From assembly GCA_041666945.1 (NCBI GenBank), contig JBAYFY010000002.1:64701-128700 (forward strand): DNA of 64,000 bases. The letters run 5' to 3'. The stretch's first letter is position 1, and the number at the start of each line of letters is the position of its first letter. Below, in pieces: positions 35,189 to 44,202 of this stretch. Source of the stretch: Candidatus Buchananbacteria bacterium (GTDB taxonomy: Bacteria; Patescibacteriota; Patescibacteriia; 2-01-FULL-39-33). The translations under genes were made by a program, and so were the position numbers. The notes beneath the pieces were generated by a model. The model was not told the origin of the DNA, did no database searches, and saw only the letters and a list, made by a program, of their open reading frames with translations.

Positions 35189-36781
35189 ATGAGTTCTAAT
35201 AATACAACCAAACCAAAACCGGTCGTACTGATGATTTTAGACGGCTGGGGCGCAGCGCCGCCTTCCCGATCTAACGCCATTACTTTGGCCAAAACGCCGG
35301 GCGTTACCGGACTGATAAAAACTTATCCGGCCATGACTTTGCAGGCCTCGGGCGAAGCCGTGGGTTTGTCTTGGGGAGAAATCGGCAATTCCGAAGTCGG
35401 CCATCTTAACTTGGGTTCCGGCAAGTTGGTGTATCAGAACCTGCCGCGCATCAATAAGTCAATCGCCGACGGCTCGTTTTTTGAGAATGAGAAATTCATT
35501 GACGCTTTAAAACACGCCAAGAAAAATAAAGGCAAAGTCCATTTGTTGGGATTGATTTCTTCCGGCGGCGTGCACAGCTATATTGACCATCTGTTTGCCT
35601 TGCTGGAATTGTGCCAAAAGGAAAAATTCCGCGAAGTGTATATCCACGGCATCTTGGACGGCCGCGACATGCCGTATAATTCCGGCATTGATTTTGTGGA
35701 CAAAATAAAAAGCAAGACCGAAGAGTTGGGCGTGGGCCGAATTGCCACTTTGTCCGGCCGGTTCTACGCCATGGATCGCGACAATCATTGGGAGCGCGTT
35801 GTTTTGGCGTATAATGCCATGGTCAAAGGCGGGGCGGCGGAAAAATTCAGCGATCCGGGCGAAGCAGTCAGGGCCTCTTACGGCAAGAAAATTTATGATG
35901 AAGAATTCGTGCCGGTGGTGATTGAAGACGATGGCCAACCTGTTGCCGTTATCACTCCCGGCGATGCCGTGATATTTTTTAATTTCCGCGCCGATCGCGC
36001 CCGGGAAATCTCCAAAGCGTTTGTTCTGCCCGGTTTTGAAAAATTTGAACGGCAATATTTGAAAAATTTGTATTTCGTGGCCATGACCGAATATGAAAAG
36101 GATGTTCCCATGGAAATCGCTTTTCCGCCGGAAACCATAGAAAAGCCGCTGGCTAAAGTCATTGCCGATGCCGGCTTGACCCAATTGCATATCGCGGAAA
36201 CGGAAAAGTACGCTCACGTTACCTTCTTTTTTAACGGCGGCGCCGAGCAAGAATTTTCAGGCGAAGACAGGATTTTGGTGCCATCGCCGCGCGTCGCTTC
36301 TTACGCGGAAAAGCCGGAGATGTCGGCTAAGGAAGTGGCGCAAAAAACCATTGACGCCATTATGTCCGACAAATACGATTTTATCGTGTTGAATTTCGCC
36401 AACTGCGATATGGTCGGTCATACCGGCGATTTGAAAGCGACTATTAAAGCCGTGGAAACGGTGGATAGCTGTGTCAAAAAAATCACCGAGGTCATCCTGG
36501 CCAAGGGCGGAGTGGCACTGATTACCGCCGATCATGGCAATGCTGAAGAGCTGGTCAATTTGCAATCGGGCGATATTGACAAGGAACACAGCACATACCC
36601 CGTGCCGCTTGTCATTATCGGCAAGGAATGGGAAGGCAAGAACGCCGGTTTTCCGGAAGTGCCGGGCGGGGATTTGTCTTTGGTTCAGCCCGCCGGGCTA
36701 TTGTCCGACGTGGCGCCGACGATTATTGGCATTATGGGACTGAAACAGCCGACGGAAATGACAGGCAAACCGCTCATTTAA
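35189..36781 (+). CDS. gpmI: 2,3-bisphosphoglycerate-independent phosphoglycerate mutase, copy 2 (tandem paralog)
   Basis: MILDGWG, SEVGHLNLGSG, and ADHGN. It diverges from copy 1 (roughly 40-50% identity by eye). Confidence 0.9.
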   Translation: MSSNNTTKPKPVVLMILDGWGAAPPSRSNAITLAKTPGVTGLIKTYPAMTLQASGEAVGLSWGEIGNSEVGHLNLGSGKLVYQNLPRINKSIADGSFFENEKFIDALKHAKKNKGKVHLLGLISSGGVHSYIDHLFALLELCQKEKFREVYIHGILDGRDMPYNSGIDFVDKIKSKTEELGVGRIATLSGRFYAMDRDNHWERVVLAYNAMVKGGAAEKFSDPGEAVRASYGKKIYDEEFVPVVIEDDGQPVAVITPGDAVIFFNFRADRAREISKAFVLPGFEKFERQYLKNLYFVAMTEYEKDVPMEIAFPPETIEKPLAKVIADAGLTQLHIAETEKYAHVTFFFNGGAEQEFSGEDRILVPSPRVASYAEKPEMSAKEVAQKTIDAIMSDKYDFIVLNFANCDMVGHTGDLKATIKAVETVDSCVKKITEVILAKGGVALITADHGNAEELVNLQSGDIDKEHSTYPVPLVIIGKEWEGKNAGFPEVPGGDLSLVQPAGLLSDVAPTIIGIMGLKQPTEMTGKPLI

Positions 36782-36810
36782 TCAAACAAGAAAATAAAAA
36801 ATTAACAAAT

Positions 36811-38463
36811 ATGTTAAAAATTTTTAAGAAAAAACGCTTTTGGATTATTTTAATAATCATTCTGGCAGTGGTCGGATTCGGAATTTATAAATTGGCAAGT
36901 CCAAAACCGGCTGTGGAATATACCACGGAAACAGTTAAGCGCGGCAAATTGACGCAGACGGTTTCCGCCACCGGCCAAGTTGAGTCGGCGCATGAAATCA
37001 CTTTGAATTTTAAAACGCCGGGCAAAATAACTTATTTAGGCGTCAAAGAAGGGGATAATGTCAAGGCCGGCCAGGATTTGGCGCGGATTGACTCCGGTTC
37101 CATTGCCGCTCTGATCAAGCAGTATCAGGCCAATTTGGCCTCAGCTCAAGCCAATCTGGAAAAAGTCAAAGCCGGCGCCTCCGTTGAAGATATTAAGTTG
37201 ACCCAAGAGCAATTAACCAAAACGCAAAATGATTACAATAACTTGGTTCGCGAATCAAAGACGCAGGTTGATATTTTGAAGGATAAAACCATTGACAGTT
37301 TGAATAACGCCGTTTTTACTTCGCAGACGGCGTTAAACACGGTTTATAGGAACTTGATTAACACGGAAACAACCGTCAGCATGATAGTCATGGATATTGA
37401 TTTGCAGAATCAAGTAAAAAGTGATTACGGTATTTTAGTTAATAATCTTGCCGCCTTGCGTGATGAAATAACGGCGGCGCAAAAATCCTATGATCAGCAA
37501 TTAATCGCTCAAGCCAGCGATGACGTGAAGGATTTTTTGAGCCGGCTTAACAGTTACCTGGATTCCAGCTTTAATTTGACGGATATGATAATCGTCAATA
37601 CCACTTATACGCAAACGAAAAAAGATACGATTAAATCCGACATCTCAACGCAGCAAACCTCCAATAACACTTCGCTTACGGCCGTGCAGACCGCTCGTTC
37701 CAATCTCATCAACACCGCCGATTCTTACCAGTCGCAGATTCTGGCGGCGGCCAATGCCGTTTCCATCGCGCAAGCGTCTTTGGATCTGAAGAAGGCCGGC
37801 CCGCGCAGTTTTGAATTGGCTTCGGCCGAAGCCGCGGTGGCGCAAGCCCAGGCCTCGCTGGATAAAACCAGGGCCGATGCCGAGGACTATGTCATTCGCG
37901 CGCCCATTGACGGCAAAATCACCCAAGTCAATTATTCTTTGGGTGAAACCACGGCAGTGGCCGAAGCGGCGATCGCCATGCTTTCCAATGAGCGTTATGA
38001 AATCAAAGTGGATATCCCGGAATCGGATATAATCAAACTGATTGTCGGGGAGAAGGTCACGATTGATTTGGACGCTTTTGGCAGCGACCATCCTTTTTCC
38101 GGCGCCGTAACTTTTATTGATCCGGCGCAGACGATTATCAAGGACGTAACTTATTATAAAACCACGGTTACTTTCAATCAGGATTCTTGGAGCGATCAAA
38201 TCAAACCGGGCATGACCGCCAACATTACGATTATCGCGGCGGAAAAAGACAACGCCCTGTATATTCCGCAACGCGCCGTCAAAGTCAGGGAAACGACTTT
38301 GGGCGAAGCGCCGAAGAAATATGTGGAGGTCTTGGTTAACGGCCAAGCGCAGGAACGCGATGTGGAAATCGGTTTGCGCGGCGACGAGGGACTGGTAGAA
38401 ATAATTTTCGGCTTGAATGAAGGCGAACAAGTCGTAACTTACAAAAAAGACAACACCAAATAA
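36811..38463 (+). CDS. Periplasmic adaptor subunit of a MacAB-like export system (HlyD/MacA family)
   Basis: A transmembrane anchor, a biotinyl/lipoyl-like hairpin, a long coiled coil, and a beta-barrel C-terminus. It is followed by the ABC ATPase and permease genes. Confidence 0.75.
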   Translation: MLKIFKKKRFWIILIIILAVVGFGIYKLASPKPAVEYTTETVKRGKLTQTVSATGQVESAHEITLNFKTPGKITYLGVKEGDNVKAGQDLARIDSGSIAALIKQYQANLASAQANLEKVKAGASVEDIKLTQEQLTKTQNDYNNLVRESKTQVDILKDKTIDSLNNAVFTSQTALNTVYRNLINTETTVSMIVMDIDLQNQVKSDYGILVNNLAALRDEITAAQKSYDQQLIAQASDDVKDFLSRLNSYLDSSFNLTDMIIVNTTYTQTKKDTIKSDISTQQTSNNTSLTAVQTARSNLINTADSYQSQILAAANAVSIAQASLDLKKAGPRSFELASAEAAVAQAQASLDKTRADAEDYVIRAPIDGKITQVNYSLGETTAVAEAAIAMLSNERYEIKVDIPESDIIKLIVGEKVTIDLDAFGSDHPFSGAVTFIDPAQTIIKDVTYYKTTVTFNQDSWSDQIKPGMTANITIIAAEKDNALYIPQRAVKVRETTLGEAPKKYVEVLVNGQAQERDVEIGLRGDEGLVEIIFGLNEGEQVVTYKKDNTK

Positions 38464-38514
38464 CGCGCGACTTGCCGCTTCCGGCGCCCGGCGGACAGAA
38501 GCTAAATTGAAAAT

Positions 38515-39237
38515 ATGACAGAGAAATTAATAGAAGTTAAGGATTTAAAAAAGGATTATGTCAATGACGAAGTGGTAACGTCCGTATTACACGGCGTCAG
38601 TTTTGATATTCATGAAGGCGAATTCGTGGCGATTATGGGGCCGTCCGGTTCGGGCAAATCCACCCTGATGCATATTTTGGGATTTTTGGACAACCTGACT
38701 TACGGCCAATTCTTTTTTAAGGGGCGTGACGTCAGCAATTTGGACGAAGACGAGTTGGCGCGCATCAGAAATGAAGAAGTCGGCTTTGTTTTTCAGGCCT
38801 TTCATTTATTGCCTAAGACCTCCGTTTACAACAACGTCAAGCTGCCGTTATTGTATGATAAAGCCAAAGATGACGATATTAAAGTCAGAAGCGCGATTAA
38901 AGCGGTCGGATTGGAACACCGGATTAATAATTTTTCCAACCAGCTTTCGGGCGGCGAAAAACAAAGAGTAGCCATTGCCCGCGCGCTGGTCAATAAGCCC
39001 TCAATTATTTTTGCCGATGAGCCGACCGGCAATTTGGACAGCAAATCGGGCAATGCCATTATGGAAATTCTGGAGGGCTTGAATGATATGGGCCACACCA
39101 TTATCCTGGTGACCCACGAAACCGATACGGCCAAACACGCCAAACGCATTATTAAAATAGTTGACGGCTTAATCGCCGAGGATTATGAAGTTAATGACCG
39201 CCGCCGCGCCAAAGACGGCAATCAATTGATGAAATAA
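38515..39237 (+). CDS. ABC transporter ATP-binding protein (MacB/LolD family)
   Basis: Walker [10 protein letters not shown], the [15 protein letters not shown] signature, and Walker [13 protein letters not shown]. Confidence 0.9.
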   Translation: MTEKLIEVKDLKKDYVNDEVVTSVLHGVSFDIHEGEFVAIMGPSGSGKSTLMHILGFLDNLTYGQFFFKGRDVSNLDEDELARIRNEEVGFVFQAFHLLPKTSVYNNVKLPLLYDKAKDDDIKVRSAIKAVGLEHRINNFSNQLSGGEKQRVAIARALVNKPSIIFADEPTGNLDSKSGNAIMEILEGLNDMGHTIILVTHETDTAKHAKRIIKIVDGLIAEDYEVNDRRRAKDGNQLMK

Positions 39238-40473
39238 ATGCGATTAATTGAAACCGTAAAATTATCTTTTTCCGTTTTGCGCACCAACCGGACGCGCAGT
39301 TTTTTGACTTCGCTCGGGATTATCATCGGCATTGCCGCCGTCATCGTGATTATCTCCGCCGGCGCCGGCGCGCAATCATTGATTGTCAATCAATTCAACG
39401 CTATCGGTACTAACTTAATCGGCATTCTGCCCGGCTCAAGCGATGAAGACGGTCCGCCCGCCTCCGCTTTCGGCATTATTCTGCAAACGCTCAAATACGA
39501 GGACGCCCAGGCCATCGCCCAAAGCGTGCCCCACGTTACCGCCGTTTCTTCTTATAACACCGGCATGGCCACCGCCTCATATCAAAGCGCCAAAACGGAC
39601 GCAACTTATTACGGCGTCATGCCTGAATATTTAGACGTGGAAGACACGGGCGTGGACAAGGGGAGGTTTTTTGACAACGATGAAGACAGGGGCAGCGTTA
39701 AAGTCGCCGTGCTGGGCTGGCAAGTGGCGAGGGATTTGTTTGAGGGGCAGGAACCCGTGGGCAAGAAGGTTAAAATCGGCAAGGAATTTTTTGAAGTTAT
39801 CGGCGTGATGCGCCAGCGCGGCGTTTCCGGCTTTCAGAATAATGATGAAATCATTTTGATTCCGGCGCAAACCGCGCAAAAAATAATGCTGGGCGTGCGC
39901 CATGTCGGCTTTATCCGCGCCAAGGTTGATAAAAAGGAAAACTTGCCGCAGGCGGTGGACGATATCCGCTTGCTGTTGCGCGACCGCCATAATCTGCTGG
40001 AATCAAAAGTTGATGATTTTAATATTCGCAATACGGCCGACGCCATTAAGACCTTGACTTCCATCACTGATGTGTTGAAATTTTTCCTGGCCGCCATCGC
40101 CGGCATTTCCCTGTTAGTCGGCGGCGTAGGCGTTATGAATATCATGCTGGCCTCGGTCAATGAGCGCGTCCGCGAAATCGGCCTGCGCAAAGCCGTCGGC
40201 GCCAAGCCCAATGACATTATGGTGCAGTTTTTGGCCGAGTCGATCACCGTCACTTTGACCGGCGGCGTCGTAGGCATTATCATTGGCTCGTTGATTTCGG
40301 CGTTAGTTGCCATAGTCGCCAGATATTTGGGCTATGATTGGGATTTGGTGGTTTCGCCGCTATCCATATTTATGGGTTTTGGCGTGGCCTTTGTCGTCGG
40401 TTTGATTTTTGGCATTTATCCGGCTCGCCGGGCGGCCAAACTTAACTCCATTGAGGCGTTAAGGTGGGAATAA
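39238..40473 (+). CDS. ABC transporter permease (FtsX/MacB-type)
   Basis: An N-terminal transmembrane helix, a large periplasmic domain, and a C-terminal FtsX 3-TM domain. Translationally coupled to the ATPase gene. Confidence 0.85.
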   Translation: MRLIETVKLSFSVLRTNRTRSFLTSLGIIIGIAAVIVIISAGAGAQSLIVNQFNAIGTNLIGILPGSSDEDGPPASAFGIILQTLKYEDAQAIAQSVPHVTAVSSYNTGMATASYQSAKTDATYYGVMPEYLDVEDTGVDKGRFFDNDEDRGSVKVAVLGWQVARDLFEGQEPVGKKVKIGKEFFEVIGVMRQRGVSGFQNNDEIILIPAQTAQKIMLGVRHVGFIRAKVDKKENLPQAVDDIRLLLRDRHNLLESKVDDFNIRNTADAIKTLTSITDVLKFFLAAIAGISLLVGGVGVMNIMLASVNERVREIGLRKAVGAKPNDIMVQFLAESITVTLTGGVVGIIIGSLISALVAIVARYLGYDWDLVVSPLSIFMGFGVAFVVGLIFGIYPARRAAKLNSIEALRWE

Positions 40474-40506
40474 TAAGTTAAGTTGTTAATCGTCTTTTTA
40501 GCTGGT

Positions 40507-40535
40507 AAATCGCTTATTTCAGGCGATTTTTTTAA
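40507..40535 (+). terminator. Rho-independent terminator after the exporter operon
   Basis: aaatcgc-ttatttcag-gcgattt followed by tttttaat. Confidence 0.5.
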
Positions 40536-40585
40536 TTTTATTTTATCTAATTTTAGCTATAATAAGCTATATCAAGCTATATTAT

Positions 40586-40626
40586 GTGGATAAAACACTT
40601 GACAAAATATTTAAGGTGTGATATAA
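40586..40626 (+). promoter_or_regulatory. Perfect consensus extended -10 sigma70 promoter with an upstream TGTGGATAA
   Basis: TTGACA at 40598-40603, a 17-nt spacer, and TGaTATAAT at 40618-40626. TGTGGATAA sits at 40586-40594. It is almost identical in architecture to the promoter at 16977..17026. Confidence 0.6.
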
Positions 40627-40631
40627 TAGCT

Positions 40632-41320
40632 TATTCAAGATAGCGGTTGTGGATAAGTCGATATATAGACAATAATCATTATCTTGCCAGCAGTTTAAAA
40701 ACTGTTTTAAAAGAGTTCTTCGGGGCTCTTTGTCAGGGCGGCATATGGCTTATGTCATAGATCGCCCTTGACAAAGGTTCCCGAGATAGGGGAGTATTGG
40801 AAAACGGAACATTAAATTAAATAATTTGTTCGCGGCAGCTTGTCGCCGCATTGATATGATTAAGGCGTATGCTTGTCCGCCTAAATCTGTTCCAAAGCCA
40901 AAAGCCGAGGAGCATAGGAGGAGATTAAGCTGAAGAGGGGGCCTGGCTTGAAATTATATATTCGCCAACCGCCTTAATTCACTTCTTCAAGTCTTGATTG
41001 TATCAATGCGGTGATTACTTTGGCCGTCAAAGCAGGCGGGCAAACTTGTCTACTGAAAGGTGGGCACGCCGCAAGCACTTTCTGAAAGAAGAACTTTCCC
41101 GCCGTCGGGCTATTATCCCGCCGGATCGGTAGATCTCCTTTCTCCCGGGGAGGCGTTGTAGCAATACGCGCCTCCCCCACACGCCTCAGACAGTATGGTT
41201 CGAGAGTGTATAATCAAATCCTCACAAAGGAAACTTGGTTTTACGCTCACGGCCGAAATACTGTTTGAGGCGTGTGTTGCAAAATAGCAATTTCATTTAC
41301 GAGCCATCTCGTAAAGGAGG
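40632..41320 (+). other. About 690 nt apparently non-coding transcribed region, a candidate structured RNA or long leader
   Basis: No ORF of 60 aa or more on either strand. Many stable hairpins, for example ctttgtcagggcg...cgcccttgacaaag and ggggaggcg-ttgtagcaatac-gcgcctcccc, and a long-range pairing ttaaggcg/cgccttaa. It lies between a strong promoter and the zinc-ribbon mini-genes. Confidence 0.3.
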
Positions 41321-41324
41321 GCCT

Positions 41325-41525
41325 ATGATAGCTCAATGCTGCGTTTGTCATAAGGTGCGTTTGTCTGGTAATGTTTGGGTGGGTCAATTTATACCCCCGG
41401 GAGAACAGGTCTCCCATGGCTATTGCCCGGAATGCGCCGCACAAGCGCGTGAAGGCATGCAGCGGGAATTGGCCGTTGATCGGCAAAGACGGGAGCCCGC
41501 CAATGGCAATGGCGAGAAAAAATAA
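41325..41525 (+). CDS. Small zinc-ribbon protein A (66 aa)
   Basis: An AAGGAGG Shine-Dalgarno sits 4 nt upstream. The protein carries CCVC...(27 aa)...CPEC. Confidence 0.5.
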   Translation: MIAQCCVCHKVRLSGNVWVGQFIPPGEQVSHGYCPECAAQAREGMQRELAVDRQRREPANGNGEKK

Positions 41526-41691
41526 ATGCCCGGCTTGTATTAAAATCGAAATAACGCCGGGTCAGTGGAAACACGCCGTTTTGCTTGCCGGCGAAGAAAC
41601 AGTGCCGCAATACTGCCCGCATTGCAAGGCAGTAATTGAGGGATATGCTCGAATGGTTACGATCAATTACGGTCGCGACCGAAAAAAATAA
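41503..41691 (+). CDS. Small zinc-ribbon protein B (62 aa), a paralog of A that overlaps it out of frame
   Basis: CPAC...(27 aa)...CPHC with the same spacing as A. The start overlaps the 3' end of A by 23 nt. There is no Shine-Dalgarno, so translational coupling is possible. Confidence 0.42.
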   Translation: MAMARKNKCPACIKIEITPGQWKHAVLLAGEETVPQYCPHCKAVIEGYARMVTINYGRDRKK

Positions 41692-41707
41692 AGTAAGAAC
41701 ATTGTGA

Positions 41708-41741
41708 GGAGGAGGCCGAGCGCTTCCTCCTTTCGCTTTTT
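41708..41741 (+). terminator. Rho-independent terminator after the zinc-ribbon pair
   Basis: ggaggaggc-cgagc-gcttcctcc followed by tttcgcttttt. Confidence 0.5.
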
Positions 41742-41744
41742 AAA

Positions 41745-41835
41745 GATTATGGATCCCCGGACAAATCCTCCCGCTTACGCTTACGGATTTTCCAGGCCTA
41801 TCTGCCGGCAGGCAGGGATGACGATAAAGGATATT
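41745..41835. repeat. About 90-bp interspersed element (copy B)
   Basis: Aligns with 10366..10490 and contains CTGCCGGCAGGCAGGGATGAC. Confidence 0.6.
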
Positions 41836-42242
41836 GGTTAATAATTATTTATCCACAGCCCGACTCTTGACAATTATATTGTTTTTACGAAAATTTGTTA
41901 TATAATTTTATATTAAGGGAGGACATTAAGCGCCAAGCATTTTCAATCGCACTTTCCTAAAATTTTTTTTAGGATCACACTTAAGTGTGATTTCGAGAAT
42001 TCTTATCGCGTCTTCTCCGAGTCCCGCCCCCGTGGCGGGACTTTTAATTGGCTAATGAGCGAGCGAACCAGCGCTTCAAAGCGCTGGATTCCGAGCGAGC
42101 GACGCCAATATAGTCAAATACTGCTCGGCTTGCCGAGCTATTTAGTACGCAAGTTTCATTATCACCCTTATCACCATAGGGCTTGCCCCGAGGACTATAT
42201 TGGTTGATTTTTTTGATTAATGCTATAATTTAATTAAGCACT

Positions 42243-42620
42243 ATGTCGCTTAAGCAATTAATCATTACCATAATCATCGCCACCTTGTTGTGTTGGGCCA
42301 GCTGGCTGCTGGTTATTTTTGAGGTGGATCCGACGACCGCCGGCTTTTACGGCCTGCTGATTTTTTATTCCAGCATGTTTTTGTCTTTGCTGGGCTTGTT
42401 TTTTTTGATCAGTTTCGGTTTTCGCAAAATGTTTAATCGGTTGGAAATGGAATACAAGCTGGTGGGCATGTCTTTTCGCCAATCGTTTTTTTTCTCGTTG
42501 GCGATAGTGGGATTTTTCTTTTTGCAGAGCAAGGATTTATTGACTTGGTGGAATAGTATTCTGCTGGTCTTGGCCTTGGTGATTTTAGAATTTTTCTTTT
42601 TGAGTTATCGGAGAAAATAG
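42243..42620 (+). CDS. Hypothetical 4-TM membrane protein
   Basis: 125 aa with four hydrophobic segments. Confidence 0.6.
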   Translation: MSLKQLIITIIIATLLCWASWLLVIFEVDPTTAGFYGLLIFYSSMFLSLLGLFFLISFGFRKMFNRLEMEYKLVGMSFRQSFFFSLAIVGFFFLQSKDLLTWWNSILLVLALVILEFFFLSYRRK

Positions 42621-42664
42621 AGCAATAGAAGCCGTCCCGTTGCCGGGACGTCTTTTTTGTTATT

Positions 42665-42975
42665 ATTTTCTCTTTTCTTTTTTCTACGTCACCCCCTCCT
42701 GTCATTCCCGCACCCCCTTCGTCATTCCCGCACCCTCTTTGTCATTCCCGCGTAGGCGGGAATCCAAGTTATAATTTTTTTGTCATTCCCGCACCCTTTT
42801 GTCATTCCCGCACCCTCTTTGTCATTCCCGCGAAGGCGGGAATCCAGGTTTAGAAATTTAGATTTCATTTCTGGTACCTTTCTCTATTGTCATTTCGACC
42901 GAAGCCGACGTAAACGTCGGCGCAGTGGAGAAATCGCTTGAATTAAATTAAAGGGATTCCTCCGCTACGGTCGGA
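42665..42975. repeat. Repeat field upstream of pheS with an internally deleted inverted-repeat element
   Basis: Two clusters of GTCATTCCCGC 20-bp half-site repeats, each ending in a GCGGGAATCC palindrome. At 42885..42975 there is an internally deleted element with inverted termini TTGTCATTTCGACCGAAGC...GCTACGGTCGGAATGACAA. The listed pheS ORF start lies inside it. Confidence 0.8.
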
Positions 42976-43020
42976 ATGACAAAAGGTAATTTGACTAAAC
43001 TAAAGCAAAACAGTTATAAT

Positions 43021-44109
43021 ATGAGCAATATGAAAGAAAAACTTAGCCAATTAAAGGCGCAATTCACCGAGGAATCGGCAAAGGTCAAATCAGCCAAGGA
43101 GCTGGATGATTTGGAGAACAGATTTTTGAGTCGCAAGAGCGGACTGCTGACCGGTATCATGAAGGGGATCAAGGACGTGGCCAAGGAAGAGGTGGCCGAA
43201 GTCGGCGCTTTGGCTAATGAAACCAAAGAATATATTGTTGAGGGGCTGGAAACGCTTAAGGGCAACTTGGGCGGCGCCGGCTCTTTTAATTTTGATTTTA
43301 CCGTGCCTGGCCGCAAGCCGGCGGTCGGCCATTTGCATTTGGCCACCATTGCCATTCGCGAGATTGAAAGCATCTTACAGCCGCTGGGGTTTGTCCGAGC
43401 GCGCCATCCGGACGTGGAATGGGATTATTACGCCTTTGAGACCTTGAATATGCCCGGCGATCATCCGGCGCGCGATGATTGGGAGACATTTTTCATTGAC
43501 GAAGCGCCGATTAAGATGAACTTGCCGGAAAATTCTTTAAAACTCGTCAAAGAGGGGAGACGCTTGCTCACGCCGCACACTTCCAGCATTCAGGTGCGCG
43601 AAATGGAGAAGGGTGTCCTGCCTATTCGCATGATGAATATTTCCAAATGCTATCGCCGGCAAATTGACGTGTCGCATGTGCCGATGTTCCATCAGTTTGA
43701 GGGCTTGGTGGTGGACGAGGGGATTAATATCACTCACTTAAAAGGCACGATTGATTATTTCGTCAAGAAATTTTTCGGCGAGGATCGCACGATTCGTTTG
43801 CGCCCGCATCATTTCCAATTCACGGAGCCGAGTTTTGAAGTGGATATTTCCTGCGGTTTGTGCCATGGCACGGGCAAGTTGGAAGACGGCAGTTCTTGTC
43901 GTATGTGCAAAGAGGGCTGGCTGGAACTCGCTGGCGCCGGCATGGTGCACCCCAATGTCCTTAAGGCCGGCGGCATTGATCCCAATAAGTATTCTGGTTT
44001 CGCTTTCGGCTGGGGCGTGGAGCGTTGCTACAGCATGAAGTCGGGTTTAAATATTGATGATTTGCGGTTGATGTATAAGAATGATTTGAGGTTTAATGAG
44101 CAGTTTTAA
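43021..44109 (+). CDS. pheS: Phenylalanine--tRNA ligase alpha subunit
   Basis: Class II aaRS motifs including FQFTEPSFEVD and GWGVERC. The start is set at the first ATG downstream of the repeat. Confidence 0.9.
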   Translation: MSNMKEKLSQLKAQFTEESAKVKSAKELDDLENRFLSRKSGLLTGIMKGIKDVAKEEVAEVGALANETKEYIVEGLETLKGNLGGAGSFNFDFTVPGRKPAVGHLHLATIAIREIESILQPLGFVRARHPDVEWDYYAFETLNMPGDHPARDDWETFFIDEAPIKMNLPENSLKLVKEGRRLLTPHTSSIQVREMEKGVLPIRMMNISKCYRRQIDVSHVPMFHQFEGLVVDEGINITHLKGTIDYFVKKFFGEDRTIRLRPHHFQFTEPSFEVDISCGLCHGTGKLEDGSSCRMCKEGWLELAGAGMVHPNVLKAGGIDPNKYSGFAFGWGVERCYSMKSGLNIDDLRLMYKNDLRFNEQF

Positions 44110-44202
44110 TATTAGCTTGTAGATTTTATAATTTTGCATTAATCACCCATAAAAGGTTTTGCAGATAAAAAGTAGTATAAGATTTATTAATAGTCACATT
44201 AG

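Noticed and set aside
35507-36250. Long antisense ORFs inside gpmI (35507..36250), macA (37645..38430), lysS (49869..50624), serS (51880..52764) and others
   Set aside because: These are shadow ORFs on the opposite strand of well-supported, conserved genes. They have biased, repetitive amino-acid content typical of antisense frames and no translation signals.
40632-41320. RNase P RNA, tmRNA, SRP RNA or a tRNA in the non-coding transcript
   Set aside because: Conserved blocks (the RNase P P4 AGGAAAGTCCGGGC and ACAGAAACCCGGCTTA, the tmRNA tRNA-like GGTTCGA.TCC T-arm with a 3' CCA, the SRP domain IV) were looked for by eye on both strands and not found. The identity is unresolved.
40474-42242. 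Chromosomal replication origin (oriC), because of the three TTATCCACA boxes and the AT-rich stretch
   Set aside because: No dnaA or dnaN gene is adjacent. Genes on both sides run in the same (+) direction instead of diverging. The same nonamer also sits in ordinary promoters at 13393 and 16983. Strand skew cannot be judged from this window, so this is left as a low-probability alternative.
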